A stretch of 63,952 bases of DNA, counting the filler. It is 5 parts of 5 records of this genome, joined end to end, with 100 filler letters (N's around TTAATTAATTAA, not from the genome) between each part and the next. Parts side by side here need not be neighbours in the genome. Positions count along the whole stretch, not along the records: positions 1 to 22,071 come from SRR20825010_4137; positions 22,172 to 45,605 come from SRR20825010_4142; 3 more parts are not named here. One strand, given 5' to 3'. The translations under genes were made by a program, and so were the position numbers. How positions within the stretch are numbered: position 1 is the first letter of the stretch; each line of letters begins with the position of its first letter. The notes beneath the pieces are model-generated. The model worked only from the letters and a program-made list of their open reading frames with translations. It had not been told where the DNA came from and did no database searches. Below, one piece after another: positions 19,622-30,241 of the stretch.

Positions 19622-21358
19622 ATGGCCAGCATGTTTGACACGCTTCAACTACCCACAGTGGACCCGGACCTGCCGCTCGACCATGTTATTGGCTTGCTGA
19701 CGCGCCCTGAGATGCCCTTCGCAATCCAGGAACTGGATATTGACGGAACCAAACACACAGCCTTTGTGAACCAGCCACCGAGCTTGCGGGACGCGTTCAT
19801 GATGTTTCTGGGGCATGCAGACAGAGAATTCCTTGTCTACGGTGAAGACCGGTACACCTATGCGGAGACGATCACCATGGCGTCCCAGTTTGCACAGGCG
19901 CTTGCGGACGATTTTGGTGTCAAGAAAGGGGACCGTGTTGCGCTTGCAATGCGGAATTACCCTGAATGGCCAATCGCCTATATGGGCATTGTTGCCGCTG
20001 GCGGTATCGCGGTTTTGATGAATGCGTGGTGGACCGAAGAAGAACTTGCTTGGGCAATGGATAACTGTGGCGCCACGTTGGCGGTCACAGATGCCCCGCG
20101 AGCTGAACGGCTTAGACCCCTTGTGGAAAACGGTAGCATTAGAGTGATTGTCGCGAGGGACGCGTTTGATGGAAGCGAAGGGCTTTTCTCTTTCAGTGCG
20201 GCCCTTGAAGGCAAAAAGCCGATGGTTTGGCCGAGCGTAGACCTTGGCTCAGAAGATGACGCGATGATGCTGTATACTTCGGGCTCAACGGGATTCCCGA
20301 AAGGCGCGCTTTCGACGCATCGCGCCGTGGTTTCAGTATTGATGAACTGGGTATGCATCGCGCTCGCGCTCAAGATGCTTGGCCGGTTGAATATGGACCC
20401 GGACTTCCAGCCTGTCATGCTGGCTACCGTGCCATTTTTCCATGTAACAGGGCTTTTACCTGTTCTGCTTGTTTCCGCCACTTTGGGGCGAAAGCTCGTG
20501 CTGATGCATAAATGGGACGTCGAAGACGCGTTCAGGCTCATTGAGGCAGAAGGTGTTACCGGCATGACCGGAGTGCCAACTATGTCATTTGAGATGGCGT
20601 CATCACCTCTTCGGCATAAATTTGACCTGTCTACACTCGTCGACCTGGGCGGCGGCGGCGCAGCGCGCCCACCAGAACATGTTAAGCTGATCAAACAGGT
20701 GTTTCCGGAATCAAACCCGGGCATTGGTTATGGCCTCACAGAAACCAACTCGTTGGGGGCGGTGCTTTCGGCAGACGAATATATTGAAAGGCCGACCAGT
20801 ACCGGCAAGCCAACACCGCCGCTTATTCATGTGAAGATTATTTGCCCGAATACGGGGAAAGATCAGCCCACCGGCGTGCCCGGTGAGGTTTGCATAAAAA
20901 GTGTTACCAACATTCGCAAATATTGGAACAACCCTGAGGCAACAGCACGTGCCTTCCGTGATGGCTGGTTCTATTCCGGCGATGTGGGCTACCTTGATGA
21001 CGAGGGATATCTCTACATTGTGGACCGCTTGAAGGAGATCATTATCCGGGGCGGTGAAAACATCAGTACGCTTGAGGTGGAAGGCGTTCTGCACGGCATT
21101 TCAGGCGTGCATGATGTTATGGTGCTTAGCCTGCCGGACGAACGCATGGGCGAGCTTGTCGGTGCCGTTGTAAGCGCTGATAAAAATCTTACGGAAGAAG
21201 CACTTAAAGTTGAGGTGGGCAAACACCTTGCGGGCTTTAAAGTGCCTGAAAAAATCTGGATTACACACGAACCGCTTCCGGTCATTGCCTCCGGCAAGAT
21301 CGATAGAAACGGCATCAAAACAGCATATCAGGACCTTTGGCGGTCTTCTGTGAAGTAA
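19622..21358 (+). CDS. Long-chain fatty-acid--CoA ligase (AMP-binding family)
   Basis: YTSGSTGFPKG, GYGLTE, YSGDVG, DRLKEIIIRGGENI and SGKID motifs. Confidence 0.92.
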   Translation: MASMFDTLQLPTVDPDLPLDHVIGLLTRPEMPFAIQELDIDGTKHTAFVNQPPSLRDAFMMFLGHADREFLVYGEDRYTYAETITMASQFAQALADDFGVKKGDRVALAMRNYPEWPIAYMGIVAAGGIAVLMNAWWTEEELAWAMDNCGATLAVTDAPRAERLRPLVENGSIRVIVARDAFDGSEGLFSFSAALEGKKPMVWPSVDLGSEDDAMMLYTSGSTGFPKGALSTHRAVVSVLMNWVCIALALKMLGRLNMDPDFQPVMLATVPFFHVTGLLPVLLVSATLGRKLVLMHKWDVEDAFRLIEAEGVTGMTGVPTMSFEMASSPLRHKFDLSTLVDLGGGGAARPPEHVKLIKQVFPESNPGIGYGLTETNSLGAVLSADEYIERPTSTGKPTPPLIHVKIICPNTGKDQPTGVPGEVCIKSVTNIRKYWNNPEATARAFRDGWFYSGDVGYLDDEGYLYIVDRLKEIIIRGGENISTLEVEGVLHGISGVHDVMVLSLPDERMGELVGAVVSADKNLTEEALKVEVGKHLAGFKVPEKIWITHEPLPVIASGKIDRNGIKTAYQDLWRSSVK

Positions 21359-21369
21359 AGGGGAACATT

Positions 21370-22071
21370 ATGTCGATGGATTTAGGGCTGACAAAACGGG
21401 GCGCAGAACTCAGAGAAAGAGTGCGCACATTTATCGATACATATGTTGTACCGGTAGAAGATGAATACCACCATGAGGTTGGCGGTACAGGTAACCGGTT
21501 CGAGTTTACGCCGCGTATGACAGAAATTCTGGAGAGCCTGAAAGAGCAGGCTCGTAAGGACGGGCTTTGGAATTTCTGGCTTACCGGTTCTGATGCGGGC
21601 TACGGCCTTACGACAGTTGAATACGCTTATCTGGCGGAAGAAATGGGGCGTTCCCAGCTCGCGGCGGAAAGCTTCAACTGTTCGGCGCCTGATACGGGCA
21701 ACATGGAAGTTATTGAGCGTTACGGCACGGCTGAACATAAAGAAAAATGGCTCAAGCCATTGCTAGAGGGCAAAATCCGCTCAGCTTACCTCATGACGGA
21801 ACCGGAAGTGGCGTCGTCGGACGCGACCAACATCGCCATGACCGCGGTTCTGGATGGGGACGAATACGTTCTGAATGGGGAAAAATACTGGGCCTCGGGC
21901 GCTGGTGACCCGCGCTGTGCCATATATGTAACCATGGTGCGCACAGACCCCGACGCACCCCGCAAAAACCAGCACAGCATGATTTTTGTCGACGCCAAAA
22001 CACCGGGTATAGAGATACTGCGCCCGATGATGGTGTTTGGGCATGATGACGCGCCGCACGGCCATATGCAC
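21370..22071 (+). CDS. Acyl-CoA dehydrogenase of the ACAD10/11 (FadE2/LvaC-like) subfamily, truncated by contig end
   Basis: FNCSAPDTGNMEV, MTEPEVASSDATNI, WASGAGDPRC and DDAPHGH subfamily signatures. Confidence 0.9.
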
Positions 22072-22171
22072 NNNNNNNNNNNNNNNNNNNNNNNNNNNNN
22101 NNNNNNNNNNNNNNNTTAATTAATTAANNNNNNNNNNNNNNNNNNNNNNNNNNNNNNNNNNNNNNNNNNNN
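22072..22171. other. Artificial contig linker
   Basis: 44 N + TTAATTAATTAA (stops in all six frames) + 44 N. Confidence 0.99.
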
Positions 22172-24025
22172 GACATTCTGGATTTCTCCAAGATCGAGGC
22201 CGGCAAACTCATCCTCGACCGCATTCCCTTCCAGCTCCGGGACATCGTAGAAGAGGTCATGGTCATGCTGGCTCCGGCGGCTCACAGCAAGAACCTGGAC
22301 CTGGTACCACTGGTCTACAATGATGTACCCGACAACATCATGGGCGATCCCCTACGGGTAAAGCAGGTGATCACCAACCTGGTCAACAATGCCATCAAGT
22401 TCACCCAGACCGGTGAAGTGGTCCTGCGCGCCAGCCTTGAAGAAGAAGATAAAGAGAGTAACCGGATCACCCTGAGACTCAGCATTACCGATTCCGGTGT
22501 CGGGCTCTCGCGAGCTCAGCAGCAGTCCCTGTTCAACGCCTTCAGCCAGGCCGACGCTTCTACTGCCCGGCAATACGGTGGCACCGGGCTGGGGCTTGCG
22601 ATCTCCAAGCGCCTGGTTGAGGAAATGGGCGGCAAGATCGGGCTTGAGAGTGAGCTGGGCAAGGGCTCCACGTTCTGGTTTACCCTGACCTCGGAACTGT
22701 CTTCTAACGGCGAAGCCATCGCGCCCAAAGACTCTTTGCGCGGCGAAAGGGCCATCTACCTTGACCAACAGAAAACCACCGGCCTGGCGGTAGAACATAT
22801 GCTCCGGGAATGGGGCATGACGGTCGACCGGGTTTCATCACCGGGTGCCATGCAGGAGCAGATAGAGGAAGCTCAAAAAGAGCAGTCCGGTTACGCCGTT
22901 GCGGTTGTCGGCATCACCCGTCACCTGCTGAATTCAAGCCAATACTGCTCGTTAGTACGGTCCCTGGAGCTGGAGCGGGATTGCCGCACACTGCTGTTGA
23001 CCCCTACCCTTGAAACTCACGATACACCGCTATCGGGGCTGGCCAGTGGCCACCTGACCAAGCCAGTATGCCGCGACTCCCTGTACGACGAACTGTTGCT
23101 GCTGGTGCACGGTATCAGCAACCGGCAACGCCAGTTGCCGGATCATTCCCATGCCATTAGCCGTGAGTTGCCAACCCAATCAACACGCGTACCCAGAGTG
23201 CTGGCGGTGGACGACAACGATGCCAACCTGAAGCTGGTAATGACCCTGCTCAACGACTGCGGCGTTGTAGCTGAGGGAGCAACCAGCGGCTTTGAAGCGC
23301 TGAGCAAGGCGCGCCAACACTCGTTCGACCTGGTTTTCATGGATCTTCAGATGCCCGGAATGGACGGGGTGGAAACCACTGAGAGATTGAGAAGCCTTGA
23401 TGGCGCCAGCCATCGTACTCCGATCATTGCGCTCACGGCCCATGCCCTTGCAGAGGAGCAGGACCGCCTGATCCAGCAGGGATTCGATGGCTACCTGGCC
23501 AAACCCATTAGCAACAGCCAACTGATCGACATTATTCATGACTACACTGGCTATACCTGCCACCCCGACCCGGATGATGGACACCTGCCGGTACCCGAGG
23601 TGCGCGATACACGCCGCTCGGTTCGCCCGTCAACCAGAAAGAAACAGCCTGACTGTGTCAGCGTGGCCGAAAGCGTACAGTTGGCCGCCGGAAAAGCAGA
23701 TCTGGCCGAGGAACTGTTCAGCATGCTGATCGAACAGATCCATACCGACATTAACCAGGTGCCGGCACTCTGGAGCAAAGGCGACATGGACGAGCTACTG
23801 GAGTGCGTCCACAAACTGCATGGCGCCACGCGTTACTGTGGCGTGCCGGAGTTACGCGCTGCTGCAAACCAACTGGAAACCGCCTTGAAGTGCGCGGCGC
23901 CGGATATGGAGTACCAGAAGAATCAATTACTTGCAGCCATGGAGCGCTTGCAGACCTGGAGCGAACAAACTGACTGGCAGCAGTTGTTCCGGCAGCAAAA
24001 CCCTCGGCAGGCAACCGTGGACTGA
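22172..24025 (+). CDS. gacS: Hybrid sensor kinase GacS/BarA (5' truncated)
   Basis: Frame is open from the contig edge ([13 protein letters not shown]). HATPase ([20 protein letters not shown]), receiver ([11 protein letters not shown]) and Hpt ([14 protein letters not shown]). Confidence 0.88.
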   Translation, partial: DILDFSKIEAGKLILDRIPFQLRDIVEEVMVMLAPAAHSKNLDLVPLVYNDVPDNIMGDPLRVKQVITNLVNNAIKFTQTGEVVLRASLEEEDKESNRITLRLSITDSGVGLSRAQQQSLFNAFSQADASTARQYGGTGLGLAISKRLVEEMGGKIGLESELGKGSTFWFTLTSELSSNGEAIAPKDSLRGERAIYLDQQKTTGLAVEHMLREWGMTVDRVSSPGAMQEQIEEAQKEQSGYAVAVVGITRHLLNSSQYCSLVRSLELERDCRTLLLTPTLETHDTPLSGLASGHLTKPVCRDSLYDELLLLVHGISNRQRQLPDHSHAISRELPTQSTRVPRVLAVDDNDANLKLVMTLLNDCGVVAEGATSGFEALSKARQHSFDLVFMDLQMPGMDGVETTERLRSLDGASHRTPIIALTAHALAEEQDRLIQQGFDGYLAKPISNSQLIDIIHDYTGYTCHPDPDDGHLPVPEVRDTRRSVRPSTRKKQPDCVSVAESVQLAAGKADLAEELFSMLIEQIHTDINQVPALWSKGDMDELLECVHKLHGATRYCGVPELRAAANQLETALKCAAPDMEYQKNQLLAAMERLQTWSEQTDWQQLFRQQNPRQATVD

Positions 24026-24040
24026 GGAACGATCAGCGCC

Positions 24041-24790
24041 TTAGGTTCGGGCGCTTTCGAGGATTGCTTTCATATCCTTTACCGCCTCTTTGAGCCCGGC
24101 AAACACCGCCCTGGCAATGATGGCATGGCCAATGTTGAGTTCGTTGATACCCGCGATGGCGGCAACGCGTTCAGTGTTGTGGTAGTGCAGACCGTGGCCG
24201 GCGTTGACCACCAACCCTTTCTTGCGAGCGTAAGTCACTGCGTCCTGCAAGGTGTTAAAAGCCGCCTCAACAATCTGAGGGTCTGTCGCTTCCGCGTATT
24301 CCCCCGTGTGCAGTTCCACCACCGGCGCACCGCAACGGACTGCCGCATCAATCTGCGTTACATCCGGATCGATAAACAGGGAGACCTCGGCACCAACCTT
24401 TGCCAACCTGTCACAGGCTTTAGCCACCCGCGCCTCCTGGCCGTCCACATCCAGGCCGCCTTCAGTTGTCAGCTCTTCACGCTTTTCGGGCACCAGACAC
24501 ACACATTCCGGCCGCACCTGCTCGGCGAATGCCAGCATCGCATCAGTGACCGCCATTTCCAGGTTCATCTTGGTGGTGAGGATTTCCTTCAGCAGGAGCA
24601 CATCACGGTCCTGGATGTGCCTGCGATCTTCGCGGGGATGGATGGTGATACCATCGGCACCCGCCTCTTCCGCCAGAATCGCAGCCTGTACCGGATCCGG
24701 ATATCGGGTTCCCCTGGCCTGACGCAAGGTAGCAACATGGTCAATATTCACACCCAGCAAAACTCTGGGCTTCATTGAGCTAGAGGTCAT
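24041..24790 (-). CDS. pdxJ: Pyridoxine 5'-phosphate synthase
   Basis: [31 protein letters not shown] and [17 protein letters not shown] before ATG 24790. Confidence 0.97.
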   Translation of the reverse strand: MTSSSMKPRVLLGVNIDHVATLRQARGTRYPDPVQAAILAEEAGADGITIHPREDRRHIQDRDVLLLKEILTTKMNLEMAVTDAMLAFAEQVRPECVCLVPEKREELTTEGGLDVDGQEARVAKACDRLAKVGAEVSLFIDPDVTQIDAAVRCGAPVVELHTGEYAEATDPQIVEAAFNTLQDAVTYARKKGLVVNAGHGLHYHNTERVAAIAGINELNIGHAIIARAVFAGLKEAVKDMKAILESART

Positions 24791-25508
24791 TACGGTCTCC
24801 TCGATGATGACTGAACAGGCTTCTGCTATGGAGCACCTTGCCCTGCAACAGGTAGTCCACAAGTACCCTTGTTACCCGCTTGGCGATGCGCCGGCACTCC
24901 GCAGATTCGAGGTCGCCATCAGCCAGCGCCAACAGTGTATCCCCGGGCAGGTTCCGGAGCCTGGAGCCCGACGAGGGCTCGGCCAGAATCCCCTGCTCCG
25001 GATCATAGCAATAAAGCCCACCGGCCTCGACCGGCTGCCCACTATCCATCGCCTGATCCCAGACGAAGTCATACCCGAGTTCCGCAGCCAGGGATTGCTC
25101 GAAACGTCGAAGAACCGGCTCCACGTCACTGGCTTCCGACAACTCAGCAATCACATCAATGTAGGCAGCAAAGAGTTGGTGGTGAGGGTCGGCCATCGGC
25201 AGCAGACGCTGCAATAACTCATTCACGTAAAGACCGCTGTACAGGGAGAGAGTGCGCTTCAGGGTGGGGCCGCTGCGAACGTCCGCCTGAGTCAGCGTCT
25301 TCAGGTCGCTGCGTCCGGTCCAGTCCAGCAACAGAGGCTGGAACGGTTGCAACTGTGCCTTGAGCGGGCTCTTTGCGCTGTTGCCACCACGGGCAATCAC
25401 GGTTACCCGGCCCGCGTTGAGGGAAAACACATCCACCATCAGACTGGTTTCGCGCCAGGGCCGGCGGTGGAGGACATACGCGGGCTCCTGTTGCATTGGC
25501 CCCGTCAT
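24780..25508 (-). CDS. recO: DNA repair protein RecO
   Basis: [20 protein letters not shown] and [10 protein letters not shown]; position in rnc-era-recO-pdxJ. Confidence 0.95.
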   Translation of the reverse strand: MTGPMQQEPAYVLHRRPWRETSLMVDVFSLNAGRVTVIARGGNSAKSPLKAQLQPFQPLLLDWTGRSDLKTLTQADVRSGPTLKRTLSLYSGLYVNELLQRLLPMADPHHQLFAAYIDVIAELSEASDVEPVLRRFEQSLAAELGYDFVWDQAMDSGQPVEAGGLYCYDPEQGILAEPSSGSRLRNLPGDTLLALADGDLESAECRRIAKRVTRVLVDYLLQGKVLHSRSLFSHHRGDRNDL

Positions 25509-25515
25509 AGCTGCC

Positions 25516-26433
25516 TCAGAAGTCGTTCATACCCAGGCTTTTCAATGCCCGGTCGCTGTCCGCCCAACCTCGCTTGACCTTGACCCAGAGCCTCAGCATG
25601 ACTTTACTGTCGAACAGGCGCTCCATATCCGTTCTGGCTTCCTGACCGATGCGCCGCAGGCGTTCGCCCTTGTCGCCAATAATGATCTTCTTCTGGCCCT
25701 CACGCTCTACCAGTATCAGCGCAGAAATGTGAAGAGTCTTACCGTCCTTGCGAAATTCTTCGATCTCGACCGCCACGGAGTAAGGCAGTTCTGCTCCCAA
25801 TTGCCGGGTAATTTTCTCCCGCACCATTTCGGAAGCCATAAACCGTTCGCTGCGATCCGTGATCTGGTCATCCGGGTAAAAATGCACACTTTCCGGCAGG
25901 AACCGACTGACCGCAGCCTCCAGCGGCTCCAGGTTCATCCCCTTGAGAGCTGATAACGGAATGATTTCGGCAAACTCGCGCTTCCGGGATAGCATATCGA
26001 GGTGCGGCAACAGGGCCTCCCGATTTTCAATGCGGTCGACCTTGTTCACTGCCAAAATCACCGGGCATTTCAGGCTACTGAGCTTCTCCAGAACCATTTC
26101 GTCCGCCGTCGTCCACGCCATCTGGTCGACAACAAACACAGCGACATCGACATCCTTGAGGGCCGATGTCGCCGCCTTGTTCATATACCGGTTAATAGCG
26201 CGAGGTTCTTCTTCGTGCATCCCCGGCGTATCCACGTAAATTGCCTGAACCGGGCCTTCGGTCTTGATGCCCAGTACCTGATGACGGGTTGTCTGGGGTT
26301 TACGGGACGTAATACTGAGCTTCTGGCCCAGAATGTGGTTCAGCAATGTGGACTTGCCCACATTGGGCCGACCGACGATCGCCACAAAACCACAACGGCT
26401 GTCCGGGTTTTCCGGACGAGTCACATCATTCAT
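25516..26433 (-). CDS. era: GTPase Era
   Basis: [18 protein letters not shown] and C-terminal KH domain. Confidence 0.97.
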   Translation of the reverse strand: MNDVTRPENPDSRCGFVAIVGRPNVGKSTLLNHILGQKLSITSRKPQTTRHQVLGIKTEGPVQAIYVDTPGMHEEEPRAINRYMNKAATSALKDVDVAVFVVDQMAWTTADEMVLEKLSSLKCPVILAVNKVDRIENREALLPHLDMLSRKREFAEIIPLSALKGMNLEPLEAAVSRFLPESVHFYPDDQITDRSERFMASEMVREKITRQLGAELPYSVAVEIEEFRKDGKTLHISALILVEREGQKKIIIGDKGERLRRIGQEARTDMERLFDSKVMLRLWVKVKRGWADSDRALKSLGMNDF

Positions 26434-27122
26434 CAGTCATTCTCCACACCCAGTTGCTTAAGGGCATTGCGGGCGGCCTGCTGCTCGGCGATTCGACGGC
26501 TATTGCCCGTGCCGGTCGTTTTTCGGTCAAGTGATGGCAGGGCACAGGAAACATGGAACGTCTGGGCGTGGGCTTCACCATCCACGGAAATGACGTCATA
26601 GCGAGGCAGCGGAAACTGCCGTGACTGCAGGTACTCCTGGAGCCGGGTTTTGGGGTCTTTCTGGGTATCCTGCAGATCCAGCTTTTGAAGGCGTACCTCA
26701 AACCAGCGCAAAACCTGTTCCCGACAGGTGTGAAAATCACTGTCCAGGTATATGGCACCGATGATGGATTCAACAGCGTCGGCAAGAATGGATTCACGAC
26801 GGAAACCACCGCTCTTCATTTCACCGGAACCCAGCCTGAGGTACTTGCCCAATTCGAATTCACGGCCAATTTCCGCGAGGGTTACACCCTTGACCATACG
26901 GGCTCTCAGACGGCTCAACTGACCTTCCCGGGCTTTTTCAAAATGCAGGTACAGGTATTCAGCAATGACCATGTTAACGATGGAATCACCCAGGAACTCC
27001 AGGCGCTCATTGTTCTGGTTGCCAAAACTCCTATGGGTCAGCGCCAGCAACAGCCGCTCAGGCGTCTTGAACTGGTAGCCGATACGTCGCTGTAACTGCT
27101 CGAGATCCGGTTGCGAACTCAC
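26433..27122 (-). CDS. rnc: Ribonuclease III
   Basis: [10 protein letters not shown] signature and dsRBD (DPKTRLQE). Confidence 0.97.
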   Translation of the reverse strand: MSSQPDLEQLQRRIGYQFKTPERLLLALTHRSFGNQNNERLEFLGDSIVNMVIAEYLYLHFEKAREGQLSRLRARMVKGVTLAEIGREFELGKYLRLGSGEMKSGGFRRESILADAVESIIGAIYLDSDFHTCREQVLRWFEVRLQKLDLQDTQKDPKTRLQEYLQSRQFPLPRYDVISVDGEAHAQTFHVSCALPSLDRKTTGTGNSRRIAEQQAARNALKQLGVEND

Positions 27123-27508
27123 TTGCCCTTCATCTCATACTCATGTTGAAAATGGATAACGGTATCCACATTACGGAACAGGTTATTACGGACTTCGTAA
27201 TCCACATTGATGATGACCAGATCCCCGTCCTTCTCAACGGTGATGTTCTTTTCATCAAAACCGCGAACATTGTTCACGCTAAGTCGCTTGTTTATCAGAC
27301 TTCTCACCTGAGCAGGCCCCATGGTGGAAAGGTCCTCTGTTCCTTCCAGGCTCTCAAGCGCTTCCTGAATGGTAATGTCATCAAGATACGCTGGCCCCAG
27401 CTTGATGGCCAGTGTCAGCAAGCCGCCGAAAAAGAGCACCATAATCATGATAACGAGCGCCGATGCACCCGACTGCCGATGCATGGAGGAAAGACTGTTC
27501 TTCTTCAT
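27119..27508 (-). CDS. DUF4845-like membrane-anchored protein
   Basis: Pilin-like RQSGA + hydrophobic segment; conserved position between lepB and rnc in gammaproteobacteria. Confidence 0.75.
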   Translation of the reverse strand: MKKNSLSSMHRQSGASALVIMIMVLFFGGLLTLAIKLGPAYLDDITIQEALESLEGTEDLSTMGPAQVRSLINKRLSVNNVRGFDEKNITVEKDGDLVIINVDYEVRNNLFRNVDTVIHFQHEYEMKGK

Positions 27509-27537
27509 GTTAGATACACCCCTGAATAACAACGTAC

Positions 27538-28323
27538 TTATTCCAAACCGCCCACTCGGTCAAAGGATGGCAGACTGGTGAGCGATTGCCAGTGCATCCA
27601 GATCGCGAACGCCTTGCCAACGACCATTTCATCCGGAACAAAGCCCCAATAGCGACTGTCATTACTGTTGTCCCGATTATCACCCATCACGAAATACTCG
27701 CCTTCGGGCACCACCCACTCGCCTTCACCAGAGCGCCCCGTGCGCCCCAGGGTCAGGAAGATGTCGTGCTCAACGTCGCCCAGGTATTCACGTCTCAGCT
27801 CCACTGGTGGCAGCCGGGCAACAAAGCGTGTCTCCACTTTATCGCCATTGATAAACAGCTCCCGATCCTGGTATCGGATACGGTCTCCCGGAAGCCCGAC
27901 CACCCGCTTGATGTAATTGGTGCTGCCGTCATCCGGATAGCGGAACACCATGATGTCACCGCGCTGGGGATCATCCACTGCCAGGATTTTGTTGCCCGCA
28001 ACCGGCAGGCGAAGCCCGTAGGCGTATTTGTTAACGAGGATGAAGTCTCCGACTTCAAGGGTAGGCAACATGGAGCCGGACGGAATCTGGAAAGGCTCCA
28101 CCAGAAACGAGCGCAGAACCAGCACCACCGCCAGCACCGGGAAGAACGAACGGCTAAGATCAACGAGGTAGGGCTCCTTAGGTTCTTCCTCAGCCTCAAC
28201 CTCCCCGCTGGCGCCTTCTGCAACCGCGAGCCTGCGCTTACGCAGAAATACAACATCCAACAGCCAGATCAGCCCCGTTGCAAACGTCAGAACAACCAGA
28301 ACCAGGGGGAAATCAATATCCAT
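27538..28323 (-). CDS. lepB: Signal peptidase I
   Basis: EPFQIPSGSMLPTL, YIKRVVGLPGD and GDNRDNSNDSR motifs. Confidence 0.97.
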   Translation of the reverse strand: MDIDFPLVLVVLTFATGLIWLLDVVFLRKRRLAVAEGASGEVEAEEEPKEPYLVDLSRSFFPVLAVVLVLRSFLVEPFQIPSGSMLPTLEVGDFILVNKYAYGLRLPVAGNKILAVDDPQRGDIMVFRYPDDGSTNYIKRVVGLPGDRIRYQDRELFINGDKVETRFVARLPPVELRREYLGDVEHDIFLTLGRTGRSGEGEWVVPEGEYFVMGDNRDNSNDSRYWGFVPDEMVVGKAFAIWMHWQSLTSLPSFDRVGGLE

Positions 28324-28334
28324 TCAGGTGCCTT

Positions 28335-30137
28335 TTAGTTATCCACTTTCAATACGGCAAGGAATGCTTCCTGAGGCACCTCAACATTGCCCAGTTGCTT
28401 CATGCGCTTCTTACCTTCTTTCTGCTTCTGCAGCAGTTTCTTCTTCCGGCTGACGTCGCCACCGTAACACTTGGCGGTGACGTTCTTGCGAAGCGCCTTG
28501 ACGGTCACTCGCGATACCACCTGATTCCCGATAGCCGCCTGAATGGCGATGTCGAACATCTGGCGTGGGATCAGCTCTTTCATCTTGTCGATCAGGGCGC
28601 GACCCCGGTAGTGGGACTGGTCCTTATGGACAATCAGCGCCAGTGCGTCCACGCGCTCGCCGTTGATCAGCACGTCCAGACGTACCAGGTTGGCCGCCTG
28701 GAACCGCACAAACTGATAGTCCAGTGACGCGAACCCGCGGCTGGCGGACTTGATCCGGTCGAAAAAGTCCAGCACCACCTCGGCCATCGGCAACTCGTAA
28801 GTCACCTGAACCTGGGTGGACATAAAGTGCATGTTCTTCTGGATGCCGCGCTTTTCCTCACAGAGGGCGATCACGTTGCCCAGGTGTTCCTGGGGCACCA
28901 GAATGCTGGCCTCCACGATTGGCTCGCGCATCTCCTCGATGGACCCAATATCCGGAAGACTGGACGGATTGTCTACCGACAGCGTCTCACCCTGCTTGGT
29001 AACGACTTCATAGATAACCGTCGGGGCCGTGGTAATCAGGTCAATGTCGTATTCCCGCTCCAGCCGCTCCTGGACGATCTCCATGTGGAGCATGCCCAGG
29101 AAGCCGCAACGGAAACCGAATCCGAGGGCATCCGAGCTCTCCGGTTCGAAGAACAGCGAGGCGTCGTTCAGGGTCAGCTTTTCAAGAGCATCCCGGAAAT
29201 CATTGTAGTCATCGGAACTGACTGGAAACAGGCCCGCATAGACCTGAGGCTTGACCTTCTTGAAGCCGGGCAGCATCGGGATGTCGTCCGAGCCTTTCTG
29301 CTGAACGATGGTGTCACCCACCGGCGCCCCATGAATGTCCTTGATGCCGGCCACCACAAAGCCGACATCCCCGGATTCCAGAATATCCGTGTCTTTGGGT
29401 TTGGGATTGAAAATACCGACCTTGTCCGCATTCCAGGCCTTGCCTGTCGACTTCATGACGATCTTGTCGCCCTTCTTGAGGGTGCCTTCAGTCACCCTGA
29501 CCAACGACACAACCCCCAGATAGTTGTCAAACCAGGAGTCGATAATCAGTGCCTGCAAGGGTGCTTTTCGATCACCCTTGGGTGGCGGGATTTTCCTGAT
29601 CAGATCTTCCAGAACATCCTCGACGCCCAAACCACTCTTGGCGCTGCAGCGCACGGCGTCGGTTGCCTCTATACCAATGATGTCCTCAATTTCCTGGGCT
29701 ACGCGGTCCGGCTCAGCCTGCGGCAGGTCCATCTTGTTGAGCACCGGAACCACTTCCAGCCCCTGTTCAATCGCGGTGTAACAGTTGGCGACAGACTGGG
29801 CCTCAACGCCCTGGCCGGCATCCACCACCAGCAACGCACCTTCACAGGCGTACAGTGAACGCGATACCTCGTAGGAGAAGTCGACGTGGCCGGGTGTATC
29901 GATGAAATTCAGTTTGTATTCAATGCCGTCCCGAGCCTTGTAGTTCAGAGTCACACTCTGGGCCTTGATGGTAATACCACGCTCACGCTCAAGATCCATG
30001 GAATCAAGGACCTGCTCAGCCATCTCGCGTTCTGTCAGGCCACCGCAGATCTGGATAAAGCGGTCTGCCAGAGTGGATTTACCATGGTCAATATGGGCGA
30101 TGATCGAAAAATTTCGGATTCGGCTCAGTTCAGTCAC
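28335..30137 (-). CDS. lepA: Elongation factor 4
   Basis: [28 protein letters not shown] and [10 protein letters not shown]. Start is GTG 30137 or TTG 30143. Confidence 0.98.
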   Translation of the reverse strand: MTELSRIRNFSIIAHIDHGKSTLADRFIQICGGLTEREMAEQVLDSMDLERERGITIKAQSVTLNYKARDGIEYKLNFIDTPGHVDFSYEVSRSLYACEGALLVVDAGQGVEAQSVANCYTAIEQGLEVVPVLNKMDLPQAEPDRVAQEIEDIIGIEATDAVRCSAKSGLGVEDVLEDLIRKIPPPKGDRKAPLQALIIDSWFDNYLGVVSLVRVTEGTLKKGDKIVMKSTGKAWNADKVGIFNPKPKDTDILESGDVGFVVAGIKDIHGAPVGDTIVQQKGSDDIPMLPGFKKVKPQVYAGLFPVSSDDYNDFRDALEKLTLNDASLFFEPESSDALGFGFRCGFLGMLHMEIVQERLEREYDIDLITTAPTVIYEVVTKQGETLSVDNPSSLPDIGSIEEMREPIVEASILVPQEHLGNVIALCEEKRGIQKNMHFMSTQVQVTYELPMAEVVLDFFDRIKSASRGFASLDYQFVRFQAANLVRLDVLINGERVDALALIVHKDQSHYRGRALIDKMKELIPRQMFDIAIQAAIGNQVVSRVTVKALRKNVTAKCYGGDVSRKKKLLQKQKEGKKRMKQLGNVEVPQEAFLAVLKVDN

Positions 30138-30181
30138 AGACAATGAATACTCGCAAAAGACGAAGGATTGAGCCCGGAAGG

Positions 30182-30206
30182 GCCGTTGCCGGAGTCCGGC
30201 GACGGC
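30182..30206. repeat. GC-rich inverted repeat between the EAL gene and lepA
   Basis: GCCGTTGCCGGA-G-TCCGGCGACGGC. Confidence 0.5.
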
Positions 30207-30241
30207 GTGATTTTACCGGTTACCGGCCGCTATTGCCATGA

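Noticed and set aside
22072..22171. Repeated TTAATTAATTAA motif flanked by Ns (four copies in the window)
   Set aside because: Standard six-frame-stop linker used to concatenate contigs; not biological.
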